Origin: Bdellovibrionaceae bacterium UBA3535 | Lineage (GTDB): Bacteria; Bdellovibrionota; Bdellovibrionia; Bdellovibrionales; UBA840 | Length of the DNA: 64,000 nucleotides | Direction of reading: 5' to 3' | Assembly (NCBI GenBank): GCA_002376845.1 | Contig: DFOS01000024.1 | Span: forward strand, 160,819 to 224,818 | Shown: piece by piece, positions 62,377 through 64,000 of the stretch | How positions within the stretch are numbered: the stretch's first letter is position 1 | Layout of the letters: each line of letters opens with the position of its first letter | The notes under the pieces: generated by a model | What the model saw: only the letters and a program-made list of their open reading frames with translations | What the model was told of the DNA's origin: nothing | Database searches by the model: none | Translations under genes and position numbers: made by a program

Positions 62377-63299
62377 TGGATAAACTTAAAGACCGCTTTC
62401 CATTTCACCTATTTTTAATGGTGCTGGCGATGTTTTTGTCCATGACAACCATCGTGCTAGCTACGGTACCACTGTTTTTACTGCGTGCCTCAGCTGGTAG
62501 AGCGGCCTATTATACCTATTCCATTTTAGTGGTTCTGCTTATGGGCTTCTTGCAGGGATTTGAGTTTGTAATACCCATTTCGGCTTGTATTCTGCTTGTA
62601 GGGGTTTTCCATGAAGCTAGGTTGCTGACTTGCAATGTTTTTCAATCTGGCTTTGCCAGTTTGCTTGTAGTTCTAGGAAGCCTGTGTTTGGTTTTGGCTT
62701 CTTTGATTCGCTTTCAGGGTTTGGATTTAATTGCCTATGCTACGCAAAAGTTAGAGCTTTTATTAAGTCCATTAAAGGAAGTACAGCCGGATATGGTTTT
62801 GGATACGAACAAAATACTCATGCAAATGCCATCGGCTATCGTGATGATTTTTATGATTTCACTCTGGTTGGGCATCGTTGGTAGAAGTTTTTTGGTAAAA
62901 AAATATAAAATCGTTGCTAGCCATTTGGACAAGCAAGATTGTGAGGCCATTCAAAAATTTGATGGTACAAAATTTCATTTGCCTAGTAGCTTGATTTGGC
63001 CGGCATTAATTTTTATGGCTTTAAGTTTTTTAGATCTTCAGCAAGAAAACCTGCAAGTTATTGCGAGCAATTTTTTGAATATTTTTATTGTTCTGTATTT
63101 CTTCCAAGGAATCGCTTTGGTTGCTTATCTTTTCCGAGCAATGGAAATGGGTGCTTTTTGGCAATGGTTTTGGTATATATTATTGGTTCTTCATATGTTT
63201 TTACTGGTCAGTAGCATTGGTTTTGCTGACTACTGGATAAATTTTAGGGAAAAAATAAATCGTCATTTTTTAAAGGCTAGAGAAGGGAGATTAAAATGA
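62376..63299 (+). CDS. DUF2232/YybS-family membrane protein
   Basis: [15 protein letters not shown] terminal motif; usual neighbour of rplI. Confidence 0.88.
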   Translation: MDKLKDRFPFHLFLMVLAMFLSMTTIVLATVPLFLLRASAGRAAYYTYSILVVLLMGFLQGFEFVIPISACILLVGVFHEARLLTCNVFQSGFASLLVVLGSLCLVLASLIRFQGLDLIAYATQKLELLLSPLKEVQPDMVLDTNKILMQMPSAIVMIFMISLWLGIVGRSFLVKKYKIVASHLDKQDCEAIQKFDGTKFHLPSSLIWPALIFMALSFLDLQQENLQVIASNFLNIFIVLYFFQGIALVAYLFRAMEMGAFWQWFWYILLVLHMFLLVSSIGFADYWINFREKINRHFLKAREGRLK

Positions 63300-63754
63300 A
63301 AGTAATATTACAATCGGATGTGCGTAATTTAGGAAAAGTAGGTGAAATTGTTCGAGTGGCTAGTGGCTATGCACGCAACTATTTGTTTCCAAGAAAATTA
63401 GCCGCCGCAGCGACAGAAAAAAGAGAAAAAGAGTTCAAGCATTTACAGCACTTAGCAGAGAAGAGAAAAGCCAAGGTAATGGAAGGCAGAAAAGAATTGG
63501 CTGAAAAGTTAGAAGGGCTTACACTTACCTTTACCAGAAAAGCTGGCGGAGAAGACAAGCTTTTTGGCTCAGTTACAAATGGTGATATTTCCGATAAACT
63601 GTTCTCTGAAGGCTATAGCGTAGATAAAAAAGACATCGAGCTGGATGATGCCATTAAAATGCTGGGCCAACACCAAGCTATTGTAAAGCTAGGTGAAGGA
63701 CTTAAGGCAGAATTAAAAATTAACGTAGAAAGAGAAGTTAGCGAAGAAAACTAA
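63296..63754 (+). CDS. rplI: 50S ribosomal protein L9
   Basis: [21 protein letters not shown]. Confidence 0.99.
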   Translation: MKVILQSDVRNLGKVGEIVRVASGYARNYLFPRKLAAAATEKREKEFKHLQHLAEKRKAKVMEGRKELAEKLEGLTLTFTRKAGGEDKLFGSVTNGDISDKLFSEGYSVDKKDIELDDAIKMLGQHQAIVKLGEGLKAELKINVEREVSEEN

Positions 63755-63773
63755 TTTACCTTTAAGGGGGATC

Positions 63774-64000
63774 ATGACAGAGCTGCAAGCACCACATAAT
63801 TTGGATGCAGAAAAAATTGTACTCGGTGGTGTACTGCTTGATCCTACCACGCTGGATTCGATTCAATCGAAACTAGAGCCCACAGATTTTTATAAAATTT
63901 CGCATGCCATAATCTATGAAGCCATGGCTCACTTGGCGCAAAAGGGCGAAGTTATAGAGCCCATCACTCTTAGTCACTATCTAGAAACTAAGGGGCAGCT
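63774..64000 (+). CDS. dnaB: Replicative DNA helicase DnaB (5' part)
   Basis: Manual translation MTELQAPHNLDAEKIVLGGVLLD...DFYKISHAIIYEAM; follows rplI. Confidence 0.93.
   Translation, partial: MTELQAPHNLDAEKIVLGGVLLDPTTLDSIQSKLEPTDFYKISHAIIYEAMAHLAQKGEVIEPITLSHYLETKGQ

Overview
Origin region of a bacterial chromosome, most likely Bdellovibrionota. This assignment is inferred from gene order, a YQNC-type lipoprotein and sigma28-like promoters on orphan secreted genes. The conserved core is parB-parA-mnmG-mnmE-jag-yidC-yidD-rnpA-rpmH <> dnaA-oriC-dnaN-recF-gyrB-gyrA. ATP synthase is split across oriC, with b'/b/delta/F1 on the left and atpZ/I/B/E on the right. Complex I appears only as a membrane-arm operon (nuoA-H-J-K-L-M, running off the left edge). 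The right half holds housekeeping and accessory genes: SNF2, etfBA, a RoxA-like diheme protein, three PpiC chaperones, pdxA, pmm, an atypical uvrA, a subtilase and rpsF-DUF2232-rplI-dnaB. The main finding is seven intact, overlapping, unannotated membrane ORFs (4896-9895) directly upstream of canonical nuoA. They look like an extremely diverged, shortened second copy of the membrane arm in the same order (A-H-J-K-L-M-N), sharing the operon but lacking most proton-pumping residues. Other notable items are a non-canonical parS-like palindrome (GTTCTACGTAGAAC) bracketing an antisense lipoprotein gene where rsmG normally sits, a clear DnaA-trio array at oriC, a UvrA whose insertion domain is replaced by an acidic linker, and an S6:S18-type leader on an operon lacking rpsR. 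No rRNA, tRNA, CRISPR array or mobile element was seen. All alignments were done by eye.
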